This document shows positions 39,151 through 47,902 of a stretch of 64,000 bases of DNA, in pieces. The stretch comes from Candidatus Latescibacterota bacterium (GTDB lineage Bacteria > Latescibacterota > UBA2968 > UBA8231). The stretch's first letter is position 1; each line of letters opens with the position of its first letter. The stretch lies in assembly GCA_965215195.1 (NCBI GenBank), contig CBDCDC010000002.1, positions 1,536,001-1,600,000 on the forward strand, given 5' to 3'. A program made the translations under genes and the position numbers. The notes under the pieces are model-generated. The model was not told the DNA's origin, did not search any database, and saw nothing but the letters and a program-made list of their open reading frames with translations.

Positions 39151-41667
39151 ATGCTACATACGTATTGCGCGATCTATCTGCTAGGCGCGGTGCTCGGGTG
39201 TGGTGCGGTCGCGGCTCAGGATGGCTATGCGATCCGCGGCGACCGGATCATCACCGAGGGCGAGGACGCGTGGCGGCAATGGCTCTTCCCGGTCGGCACG
39301 ATCGACTTCGACGCCCAAGGCGTCCGGCCCCACTTCGTGGCCCGGGACATCAATGCCAGCCTCGACGCCCAGCACTTTCCGCTCGAAGCTGCGGACGACG
39401 AAAAGGGGGGCATCCACGCGGCCGGGTCCAACGCGGCCGCCGCTGCCAACATCCTCGATGGCGATCCTTTGACCTATTGGGAACCGAATCTCGACGATCC
39501 GCCCGATCGGTGGTGGGTGGTGATCGACCTCGGACGCATGGTGCCGGCCACGCGCCTTGTCCTGCGCTTTGCCGCCGCAGGGCAGGGCGATCCATTCTAC
39601 CACTTCCGGGTGCTGGCAGCCAACGGCGACGCCCGTCTCGGTGCCAGCGACAATCTCGACTACCACCTCGTTGGCCGCACTAGGCGGCCCAATCTCGACC
39701 AGCGGGAATTCGCCTTTGCGCTGAGTCCCTTTTCCCCAGCCGACCCATCCTTTACCGGGGATGCCGTGCGCTTCATCCAAGTGGTGATGACCGACAGCCG
39801 CTTGGGCAAGGCCGAGGAAGTGGCCGACCTAGAGGCGTACCAAGCCCTGTCCGCGTCCGCGCAAGGCGATGTGGACTATTTCGGCCGCAGCCGCTCGGGG
39901 CGCGAGTGGGGTCTCGACGAAGCGACCTATCAGTTGCTCGATCCGTCCGAACGAGGCTCAATCCGCTATTACCGCCGCGAACAGCCCCGCCTCGCCGAGC
40001 TCGAGGTCCGCACGGTGGGAGAAAATATCGCCTTAGGCCTGCTGCCGCGCGGCGGGGCCATAGAGGCGGATGGCAGCAATCTCGGCAAGAGCGTCGACGG
40101 AAACTACGCGACCTACTACAACTTTCAGGGTGGATACACGGCCGAGGCTTCAAACCGAGAGCGCCGCACGGTTTTCGACCTAGGCTCGCTCTACTGGATC
40201 GACCGCATCCAGATCCTCACCGCCCATCCGCCCAACCCCAGTGGCACGCTGCGCTCGTACCGCGCCAAGGTGTCGGACGGCTCTCTAGCCCCAGACGGAA
40301 CCTTGGCGTGGACCCAAGTGGCCCACCGGCCGGAGAAAAGCCAGCATCGGTGGCAGGAGCTGCACTTCGAGTTGATCAAGGGCCGCTTCCTCATCTTCGA
40401 TTACCTAGTCCACCTCGGTGGCTCGCAGTCCTCCATAGGGGAGTTTATGGTCTTCGGCGAGGGGTATCAGCCCGAAGTGGTGCTGGAATCGCCCCTGATC
40501 GACTTGGGCAACTCCAGAAACCTGACTACCCTCCACTGGCAGGGGCACACCCCGCCCGGCACCCGCATTGAGCTAGCCACCCGCACCGGCGACCAGATCA
40601 AAACCATCACCCACTACTTCAGAAAAGACGGCACCGAGATCACCGAGCAAAAATACAACAAAACGATCGCCGCCCTGCGGGGTCCCACGACCGAGGAGGT
40701 CGTCGTCGAAGAAGAGACCTGGAGTAGCTGGAGCCAGCCGCACGCGGCCTCGGGCGAAGAGGTCACTTCGCCTTCCCCGCGCCGCTTTATGAAGGCGCAG
40801 GTCAAGCTGTTCAGCGACTATCCAGATCGCTTTGCCCAGCTAGCGCAGCTCGAAGTGCGCTTTGCCCAGCCGTGGGTGGAGCGGGCGTGGGGCGAGGTGT
40901 ATCCGGTACACGTAGAGCGTTTAGGCGCAGAGACCCCGCTGACCTTTTTCGTGCGAGCGGAACAACGTTCCAGCGATCCGGGCATTGACGAGGTGCTACT
41001 CATCAATTCAAACGAGGTGCCGTTGAGCCTGCAGAGCATCCGTCTCGGCCCTGCGGCCGCAGTGGCCGGGGGACGCGGGCGGCCCGTCGAGCTGTCGGGG
41101 GTGGAGGTGCGCCCGACCGGGGACGATTCGCTGTGGGTGCGGCTGCCCGAGGTCGTCCCGCGCAACGAGGTAGTGGCCCTAGAGGTTTCTACCACGCTCT
41201 TCGGGCACGGGGCCTCGTTTGCCGGACGAGTGGGCAACCGCGACAATTCGGGTGCTTGGCAGCGGGTGGAAGCCGGCGATGCAGTGGAGGAGGTAGAGAG
41301 CCAGGTTTTGCGGGTGCTGGCACCAGAGGGTCAGGTGGGTCTGTCCAGCTTGCAACTCAGCGCACAGGTGGTGACCCCCAATGGGGACGGGGTCAATGAG
41401 GCCGCGACCTTGCACTTTGAGGTGTTGCGGATGGACGGGGCCCAGTCCGTGCTGGTGTCGGTGTACGATCTGTCGGGTCGCCGGGTGTGGGAATTAGAGG
41501 AGGAGCGCGCCCGGGCGAGCGGTCTGTACAAAGTAGCATGGCCGGGCGTGGACCACGCGGGCGCACCCGTGCGGCCGGGGGTGTACTTGTTGCGCGTAGA
41601 GGTAGAAGCGGATGCGGATGTGGATGTAGAGGCCGCTTTGGTGCGTGCAGTGTACGTGGCTTATTGA
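39151..41667 (+). CDS. Secreted FlgD-Ig-tail protein with two discoidin/F5-8-like regions (paralog 4)
   Basis: Signal peptide; ANILDGDPLTYWEP, WWVVIDLGR, FDLGSLYWIDRI, EFMVFGEGYQP, TRTG, WSSWS, SPSPRRF, VTPNGDGVNE, PGVYLLRV. Confidence 0.85.
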   Translation: MLHTYCAIYLLGAVLGCGAVAAQDGYAIRGDRIITEGEDAWRQWLFPVGTIDFDAQGVRPHFVARDINASLDAQHFPLEAADDEKGGIHAAGSNAAAAANILDGDPLTYWEPNLDDPPDRWWVVIDLGRMVPATRLVLRFAAAGQGDPFYHFRVLAANGDARLGASDNLDYHLVGRTRRPNLDQREFAFALSPFSPADPSFTGDAVRFIQVVMTDSRLGKAEEVADLEAYQALSASAQGDVDYFGRSRSGREWGLDEATYQLLDPSERGSIRYYRREQPRLAELEVRTVGENIALGLLPRGGAIEADGSNLGKSVDGNYATYYNFQGGYTAEASNRERRTVFDLGSLYWIDRIQILTAHPPNPSGTLRSYRAKVSDGSLAPDGTLAWTQVAHRPEKSQHRWQELHFELIKGRFLIFDYLVHLGGSQSSIGEFMVFGEGYQPEVVLESPLIDLGNSRNLTTLHWQGHTPPGTRIELATRTGDQIKTITHYFRKDGTEITEQKYNKTIAALRGPTTEEVVVEEETWSSWSQPHAASGEEVTSPSPRRFMKAQVKLFSDYPDRFAQLAQLEVRFAQPWVERAWGEVYPVHVERLGAETPLTFFVRAEQRSSDPGIDEVLLINSNEVPLSLQSIRLGPAAAVAGGRGRPVELSGVEVRPTGDDSLWVRLPEVVPRNEVVALEVSTTLFGHGASFAGRVGNRDNSGAWQRVEAGDAVEEVESQVLRVLAPEGQVGLSSLQLSAQVVTPNGDGVNEAATLHFEVLRMDGAQSVLVSVYDLSGRRVWELEEERARASGLYKVAWPGVDHAGAPVRPGVYLLRVEVEADADVDVEAALVRAVYVAY

Positions 41668-41673
41668 TTTTCT

Positions 41674-41985
41674 CAGCGCCGGGTTGACCGTGATCGATGG
41701 CGGCTCCTGCGCTGTCCTACGCCGTGTAGGCCCCCATCGGTGGCGGCTTCGGGCCGTCCGCGTGGCCGCGTCAAACGACAGGCCCGCGGGGAGCCCCGAC
41801 ACGCGATAGGTTATCTCTCCCTCACCGCCCGTAGCTTCCGGCAGTACCAAATCGGTAATCGCCGTACCATCGGTGTGACCTCCCCGGCAAAACCGAAGGC
41901 CATCTCGTCGTCGCTGTCGGAATCGGCCTCCGGTGGCGTCGCGCCGTCGTCGTCCGTAATCGTACCCGTCGCCTCGGCCAGCAGT
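41674..41985 (-). pseudogene. Degraded adhesin fragment (Calx-beta end plus putative Ig/He_PIG domain)
   Basis: EATGTITDDD...FGFAGEV, then LVLPEATGGEGEITYRVSGLPAGLSFDAATRT...ITVNPAL, across several frameshifts. Confidence 0.6.
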
Positions 41986-42035
41986 GCGTGGGAATGGTCG
42001 GCGCGGGCGGTCTCAGCACCGGGTGTGCGGGCATT

Positions 42036-42317
42036 TCAGCCGGGCAAGCGCGACAAGATCAGCGTGCCCAGGGCTAACAGGGTGGTCAACTGGATGCCGA
42101 TAAGCCAGCGAAAATCTCGGCGTTGCTCCTGCCGTAATGCGGCCAACTCTTGGCGCATCTCCTGCCGAAGTTCGCGGCCTTGCTCGGTAATGGCTTGCTC
42201 AATGCGGTCGAGGCGGGCGTTGGTCTGGCGGCCTTGCTCGGTCAACTGCTCGGCAATGCCTTCCAGCCGGCCAATGCGGAGGTCGTGATCTTGGGCTTGG
42301 GTAATGGGTTCGCTCAT
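42036..42317 (-). CDS. Small coiled-coil protein with C-terminal TM helix (DUF1640/XhlA-like)
   Basis: AAGGAGG RBS; MSEPITQAQDHDLRIGRLEGIAEQL...RWLIGIQLTTLLALGTLIL; paralog of 47224-47454. Confidence 0.75.
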   Translation of the reverse strand: MSEPITQAQDHDLRIGRLEGIAEQLTEQGRQTNARLDRIEQAITEQGRELRQEMRQELAALRQEQRRDFRWLIGIQLTTLLALGTLILSRLPG

Positions 42318-42336
42318 GGCGATACCTCCTTAAAGC

Positions 42337-42390
42337 GCACCAACCCGGCGCGGCCGGCGCGCAAGAGAGGCGGCCGCGCCGGGTTGGTGC
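42337..42390. repeat. 20-bp perfect inverted repeat directly upstream of an RBS
   Basis: GCACCAACCCGGCGCGGCCG (42337-42356) / CGGCCGCGCCGGGTTGGTGC (42371-42390). Confidence 0.75.
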
Positions 42391-42459
42391 TGTCTGTATG
42401 TCGTCGGGGCCACGGGCGAAGAAAGATAGGCTTCGGTGCAGGGAGTGCAAGCGCAGCAC

Positions 42460-42948
42460 GGCTTCCGCGTGTTGATGCAATACAAGGCGATTCGGCTGAT
42501 TGAGATAGACGGCCAGCGCATCCTCGACGCGGGGCCTGTGCGCCGTTGATACAGCGGCCGGCTGGTGTGGCTGCCGAGGCGTGTGTGAACCGGGCGCAGC
42601 AGGTGCCGATGGCCGAGCCCCTCAAGGCCAATTATCTGGCCGACCTTGCAGTTTTGAGCGGGTTGGTATATAACTTAGAAACGATTATGGCCATCATCGC
42701 GGAGGAGACCATGTGCGAATCGTCGGTAGTGTACTATTTCACGGAGAAGGCCCTTGAGCAAAAAAAGAAAAAGTACGCTCGAAGCTATTCTCGAAGTCTT
42801 GGAGATTCGCTTTGGTCTGGGTGCGGCGCACCCTCTAGCGGACCGCATAGCCGCCATTGACGATGTGCAGCGGCTCAAGCAGTTGCATCGGGCAGCCTCG
42901 AGGCCTTCAGGTGCCTGTTGGACGCCGACGAGTAGGGCCACCGCGTAA
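42460..42948 (+). pseudogene. Rpn-family (recombination-promoting nuclease/putative transposase) C-terminal remnant
   Basis: QYKAIRLIEIDGQRIL...LAVLSGLVY...MCESSVV...ILEVLEIRFG...IAAIDDVQRLKQLHRAA, spread over shifted frames. Confidence 0.6.
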
Positions 42949-42986
42949 CGTCAGTTATTGATTTTCTTATCGACGCGGGATTCTAG

Positions 42987-44840
42987 ATGCAGTGTGCAAA
43001 AGGACGCCTCTTGGTTCTCGCCCTAGCGGCCAACGCGCTGGTTCTGCACTCGGGTATGGGCTTGACCATATACCGAATCGGCGACCAAGCCCTATCTCCG
43101 CCGCCCCAAGGCGCGGACCTAGTGCAGTTGAGTTGGGAGGAGGCATCGCAGGGCGCGGACGGCGCGTGGGATGGGCTCGTCCTAGAAAACGGACAGCTTG
43201 CTCCCATACGAGTTCGGCCAGATGAAAACCTATCCCTTTCGGCCATTGCCCGAGGGGGTGGACCGCGCGGGCAAAAGTACCCCAACGTTGAGCCGCAGAC
43301 CGAGATCACCGACTGGACGGCCGACGGCGATCCCACAACCGCCTTTCGCGATACGGATGCGGCCCATCGGGGCATGGGCAACCAGCTAACCATGTACCTC
43401 GGCGGGCGCTTCCCCGTGAGCCGAGTCCGCTTTTATCCCTCGCCGCAATCGTCCGGGCTCATCATCGAAAAATTCAAGCTGACCGCTTCCGACCAAAAGG
43501 GACGTGCCGCGGTGATCGGGTTGGTGTCGAACAATACGCACCCGACCGTGGTTTTGACCTTCCCGAGCCGCATCGTCGATCGGCTCCAGCTAAACGTGCA
43601 TTCCTCTAGATCCAGAGTCGGGGACTGGTTTCCCTGGGAAATCGCCGAGTTCGAAGTGTACGGCGAGGGCTTCGTGCCAGAGGCGACCTTCCAGTCTCAA
43701 GTTTTCGACTTAGACGCACCTGCCACCGTAGGCCCCTTGCGCTGGTCCGGTTTCAGGGATCCCGACGCCCGAGTCAATATCCGCACCCGCAGCGGTCGCG
43801 ATCCAGATCCCAATCGCTATTGGCGCTACACCGGTCGCGGGGACGAGATCACCTTTCGCACACCGCAGGGTGCGCCCATGACCCAAGCGGACTACGAAAA
43901 ACTCCGCGGCGGTCAACCCCCCATAACCGCGGATCTCGACAACTGGAGCGCGTGGTCCGGCCCGTACGCCACCAGCGCCGCCATCGTCTCGCCGAGCCCG
44001 CGCCAGTTCCTGCAAGTGCAGGTCGGGTTCGTGCCCAAGGGATTCCACGGCGGCGGCGTGGATTTCGTAGAGTTCCGGGTAACTCAGCCCCCGCTCAGCG
44101 GCCCGATCGTGGGCGAGGTCTGGCCCGAACACGCGGTCCCGGGAGCCGTGACGCCGTTTGTGTATGCCTTGCTGCCCGAGTTGAGTCCAGAGACGAGCGG
44201 GTTTGATCGCCTAGTAGTGGAGACGACGGGACGCTTTGCCGCGGTCGATTCAGTGCGGATAAACGAGGAGCGGATAGCGGTGGAGGCAGCAGTTGAGGCC
44301 GAGCGGATGGCCCTGTCGCTGCCGCGGATGGGAGCGGCGGACAACCAGAAACTCGTGGAGGTTTTCTTTCAGGCGCAGGTGTTTCACTTCGGCACGTCGT
44401 TCGCCGGCCAGGTCTTCGACTCGCAGCGGCCTATGGAAGTGGCCCAGCAAGTAGTGCCTGGAAATGCCACTTTCCGGCTGGATGGCGACCAGCTCTCGGT
44501 GGGCGTTCAGCTCGCTGGTCCGCTCTTGCAGCAGGTGGCCGTACAACCGCCGGTGCTCACGCCCAATGGGGACGGCATCAACGACCGGACGAAAATTGCG
44601 TACACCTTGCTGAGATTGGCGGACGAAGGCGAAGTGGCGGTCGAAATTTTCGCCCTCTCGGGTCGCTTGGTGCGGAAGCTCTACAGCGGTCGAGAACGCA
44701 GCGGGCACTACCTGCGGCTGTGGGACGGACGCGGCGATGATGGCGCAGTGGTCGCGCCGGGATTGTATCTGGTCCAAGTGCGCTTGGACGCAGACCGCGG
44801 GATCACCAAGGACAGCGGTATCATTGCGGTGGCCTACTGA
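42987..44840 (+). CDS. Secreted FlgD-Ig-tail protein (paralog 5)
   Basis: Signal peptide; LTIYRIG, DGDPTT, WEIAEFEVYGEGFVP, IRTRSGRDPDPNRYWR, LTPNGDGIND, APGLYLVQV; ends IAVAY. Confidence 0.85.
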   Translation: MQCAKGRLLVLALAANALVLHSGMGLTIYRIGDQALSPPPQGADLVQLSWEEASQGADGAWDGLVLENGQLAPIRVRPDENLSLSAIARGGGPRGQKYPNVEPQTEITDWTADGDPTTAFRDTDAAHRGMGNQLTMYLGGRFPVSRVRFYPSPQSSGLIIEKFKLTASDQKGRAAVIGLVSNNTHPTVVLTFPSRIVDRLQLNVHSSRSRVGDWFPWEIAEFEVYGEGFVPEATFQSQVFDLDAPATVGPLRWSGFRDPDARVNIRTRSGRDPDPNRYWRYTGRGDEITFRTPQGAPMTQADYEKLRGGQPPITADLDNWSAWSGPYATSAAIVSPSPRQFLQVQVGFVPKGFHGGGVDFVEFRVTQPPLSGPIVGEVWPEHAVPGAVTPFVYALLPELSPETSGFDRLVVETTGRFAAVDSVRINEERIAVEAAVEAERMALSLPRMGAADNQKLVEVFFQAQVFHFGTSFAGQVFDSQRPMEVAQQVVPGNATFRLDGDQLSVGVQLAGPLLQQVAVQPPVLTPNGDGINDRTKIAYTLLRLADEGEVAVEIFALSGRLVRKLYSGRERSGHYLRLWDGRGDDGAVVAPGLYLVQVRLDADRGITKDSGIIAVAY

Positions 44841-44854
44841 TTTCAGGGTCGGCA

Positions 44855-46906
44855 CTAAAACATATACTGCCACAAATTGCCCACCATGCCGGTGCAATAA
44901 TCAATCACCAGCCAAGTGCCGGCCACCACAAAAGCCCCCAAGATCATACCGATGAAAAACAGGCGGGTTTGCCGGTAGAGCCGCACCCCGCCGTACTGCA
45001 GCACCAAGCTCTTGATCAACCAAGCCAAGAAGACATTGAACCACATCACCGAAGTGGTGAAAACCGTGCCGCTGATGGCCAAGCCCAGCGGGTGAATCGG
45101 CCACCACAAGACCCGCTGTTGCAACGTCACCAAAAACCACATTACTCCGGCACCAAGGCCAGTAAAAAACCACTCCCCAATCCCTATAGTAGCAGGGCTC
45201 TGAATCATCGCGGCTATGTACCGCAGGCCGGTGCTGGACGAACTCTGCCACCACCAGCCCGGCAGATTGAGCCCTCCGTAGTTGTACGACAGGTAGAGCA
45301 TCATCCAATACGCCCCCACCAAGGTCACCACAATCGCCAGCATCATAGCCCAGAACAGACCGCGCTTGCGGCCTTTGACGACTTCGTGGGCCATTTTCAG
45401 CCCGTTGGCGCACGAGGCCATGGGAAAGGTCACCAGATCGGCCGTCCACGGATAGGTGTAGGCCAGCCCGGTCAGACCGCCTGCCCCCAGTCGAGAGACC
45501 CCTAGGCTGGAGATGACAAAATCCGGCGGGATCAGGGGGGCCCGCACCAGCGCCACCCCGGCTTCCACCACGATTCGGCTCAACGCTATAAAGATCAAAA
45601 ACGCGACCGCTAAAAACAGGGGAATCACCAGCAGGGGAATGCCCGAAGCCTCCAGCCACACCCCCATGACCACCAGCCCACCCACCAGCCCCAGCACGGC
45701 CGTGCGATACGACATGATCTCATCGGCATCCACTGCGGTTGCACTGCGTCCGAGGGCCTTGGCGAACACAGCGCGCAAATGGGTGCGCGCCCGCCACAGG
45801 GTGAGCAGGGCGAACATCAGCATGGCCCCCAAGGCTTGGTGGGTCAGGTACGGGGCCTGGGGATTGCTGAACCAGCCCAGCTTGGCCGCGCTGTGGATCC
45901 CGATGGTATTGAAGACGCCCTGCTGAATCTGGGTCAATAGGTAGAATACCCAGATGCCCAAGGCCAGCTCGCGGCTGATGAAGTAGGAAAAACCGAGTAG
46001 GGAAAAAGACAGCTGGAAGCGAAAGCCGACCGTGCCCCGAAACGCATTGAACCCGGTGGCCAGATTAAATTCCGGGAACACGGGATAATAGCTGTGGATC
46101 GCATTGCACGTGATAACCACCAAAGGGACGGCAAATCCTATCCACATCTGGGGCCGGCGCAACAGGGACGGAACCCCGAATCTGCCGGGCGAATTCTCAT
46201 CTTCGTCCTCGACCATGGCCATAGGGGCCTGCATCATCGGGTAGAGCAGCCGCTCGTGCTCGACCCACTGCCGGCGCATCATCACCATCATGCAGATCGA
46301 CACCAAGTACAGGGCCAGCAGAAAGACGGTCCAGTAACATAGCGGCTCTACCCAAGCGGCCCACGGAATGGGTTGCCCCTTGATAAACAGCCCCTCGTAG
46401 AACCCTTGGATCACCTCCTCGTCCCGGGGGGCGATCCAGTGCGGCACGTGCGGCTGAATGAGTTCGGCCCAGTTGTTCTCGGGCGAGGCAAAGTAGAACA
46501 CATTGGTAATCATGGGCAACAGGTGCGAGACCATGCCAAAAGTGGGCAGAGAAGCCGAGATGATCATCATCACGTAGATCAGGGTCAGCTCCTCCCGCCG
46601 CAGGGCCATAGCGCGGGCGAGGGCCTTTAGCGCGAGGTTGGCCAGCACCAGATAGAACAAGAGAAACAGGGCCACTGGGGTGCTGAAGGCCCAAGCCATG
46701 AACGAGCCTTTGATGATGCAATTGGCATAGATGGTGCCGGTGCTGATCAAGGCGCACAGCACCGTCCCAATGCCAAAGGCTCGCAGGGTAGAGCCCGAGC
46801 TAAAACTCTCGGGTTCTCGTTCTTTTTGGCCGAAAAATTCCCCCGCTGCTCTAGCCCGATTCACGTTCTTGGCTCCAAGTAAATCAGCGTCTTCCGAAGC
46901 TCCCAT
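44855..46906 (-). CDS. Polytopic membrane protein, DUF6785/6784-like (OPT-like putative transporter); start uncertain
   Basis: Many TM helices; RQWVEHERLLYPMMQAP, SRIVVEAG, WWPIHPLG, KSLVLQYGG, FFIGMILG. Confidence 0.75.
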   Translation of the reverse strand: MGASEDADLLGAKNVNRARAAGEFFGQKEREPESFSSGSTLRAFGIGTVLCALISTGTIYANCIIKGSFMAWAFSTPVALFLLFYLVLANLALKALARAMALRREELTLIYVMMIISASLPTFGMVSHLLPMITNVFYFASPENNWAELIQPHVPHWIAPRDEEVIQGFYEGLFIKGQPIPWAAWVEPLCYWTVFLLALYLVSICMMVMMRRQWVEHERLLYPMMQAPMAMVEDEDENSPGRFGVPSLLRRPQMWIGFAVPLVVITCNAIHSYYPVFPEFNLATGFNAFRGTVGFRFQLSFSLLGFSYFISRELALGIWVFYLLTQIQQGVFNTIGIHSAAKLGWFSNPQAPYLTHQALGAMLMFALLTLWRARTHLRAVFAKALGRSATAVDADEIMSYRTAVLGLVGGLVVMGVWLEASGIPLLVIPLFLAVAFLIFIALSRIVVEAGVALVRAPLIPPDFVISSLGVSRLGAGGLTGLAYTYPWTADLVTFPMASCANGLKMAHEVVKGRKRGLFWAMMLAIVVTLVGAYWMMLYLSYNYGGLNLPGWWWQSSSSTGLRYIAAMIQSPATIGIGEWFFTGLGAGVMWFLVTLQQRVLWWPIHPLGLAISGTVFTTSVMWFNVFLAWLIKSLVLQYGGVRLYRQTRLFFIGMILGAFVVAGTWLVIDYCTGMVGNLWQYMF

Positions 46907-47223
46907 GGCCAAAAGTGGAGCAAGCCGTAGGGGTCGCCTCGGTTTGGCCAATGGGTCCAGCGGATGGTATTATAGGGATTGCGATACGCGACACTAAGAA
47001 GCGGTCTGAAAATTCCGCGAACCGTCCCTTGTGTGCAGGGACGAGGGCGTCGCGCCCGCGAAAAACACTCCATCCGAGGGCCGCTCAACCGCTACTCAAC
47101 GCGGTCCGCCGGGGGTTTGTCACGCCTAAAGTTTCCGCCGGGTGCGCGGGCAGCCTGCCCGCCAACAGAGGCTATGGTTTATCAACTGACGTTACGCATC
47201 TGTGCGTCCATGCCGCGAGTGGG

Positions 47224-47454
47224 TTAATTCAGCTTCAACAGGATGGACACTAATAAACCCACTATGCCGAACTGAATGCCGATAAGCCAGCGGACGCTTG
47301 TGCGTAGCTCGCGGATATCTTGCCGCAGTTGGCGGCCTTGCTCGCTCATGGTGCGTTGTATATCGTCCAAGCGGCGGTCAAGCTGCTCGGCTATGCCTTC
47401 CAGCCGCCCTATACGACGGTCGTGGTCTTGAGCTTGGGTAATGGGTTCGCTCAT
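47224..47454 (-). CDS. Small coiled-coil protein with C-terminal TM helix (passenger gene)
   Basis: AAGGAG RBS; MSEPITQAQDHDRRIGRLEGIAEQL...RWLIGIQFGIVGLLVSILLKLN. Confidence 0.78.
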   Translation of the reverse strand: MSEPITQAQDHDRRIGRLEGIAEQLDRRLDDIQRTMSEQGRQLRQDIRELRTSVRWLIGIQFGIVGLLVSILLKLN

Positions 47455-47623
47455 GGTCGTTTCTCCTTTGGTTATGGGGTTGTGCCCCAGTGGGGCGGGT
47501 TCGTGGGTTAGCGGCGTAGTCGCCGTAATGATCAATCGCGGTCATTTTGGGTGTTCCTTGGCTCTGTTCCATCGTATCGATCTTAGAGGCCCTCTGATCA
47601 CAGCGGCCCTAACAAAACTGGAT

Positions 47624-47679
47624 GTCACGCCTAAAAGCCTGCGCCCGTGAAAACGGATGGCGCGGTGAAGCGAAGCATC
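47624..47679. repeat. REP-like element
   Basis: GTCACGCCTAAA...GGCGCGGTGAAGCGAAGCATC; same family as 1975, 17879 and 23932. Confidence 0.55.
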
Positions 47680-47902
47680 TCATGCCTAAAACACCCGTGC
47701 GTAACGTCAGTTATCAATTCAAAAAATTAATACCGCATTCGCATTCAAGGGCCTCCTACCATCGAGCACGAAAGGGGTCGCGTCCTACGCGCCCAGAGTA
47801 TAGGGCTTGCAAAAAACCTATGTCAATTTTTTATGGGGATCAGCGCGATACATGGAGACAGATGCCAAGCAGGGCCGCGGGCGACTTGGGGGATATTCCC
47901 GG

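Larger units (their letters stand above)
41668..42954. mobile_element. Inserted segment with right TIR GCGTAACGTCAG and flanking direct repeat
   Basis: TTATTGATTTTCT occurs at 41661-41673 and 42955-42967; TIR at 42943-42954; left TIR not recognisable. Confidence 0.6.
47186..47710. mobile_element. 525-bp non-autonomous transposable cassette carrying one passenger gene
   Basis: Perfect 13-bp TIR CTGACGTTACGCA/TGCGTAACGTCAG; exact 7-bp TSD TTATCAA (47179-47185, 47711-47717); no transposase. Confidence 0.85.

Noticed and set aside
25208-44840. Diversity-generating retroelement or shufflon behind the paralogous surface genes
   Set aside because: No reverse transcriptase, no TR/VR pair with A-specific differences, and no recombinase seen; the paralogs look old and diverged at all positions.
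41668-47717. Integron cassettes with attC sites
   Set aside because: Boundaries are TIR/TSD type, not RYYYAAC...GTTRRRY, and no integrase is present.
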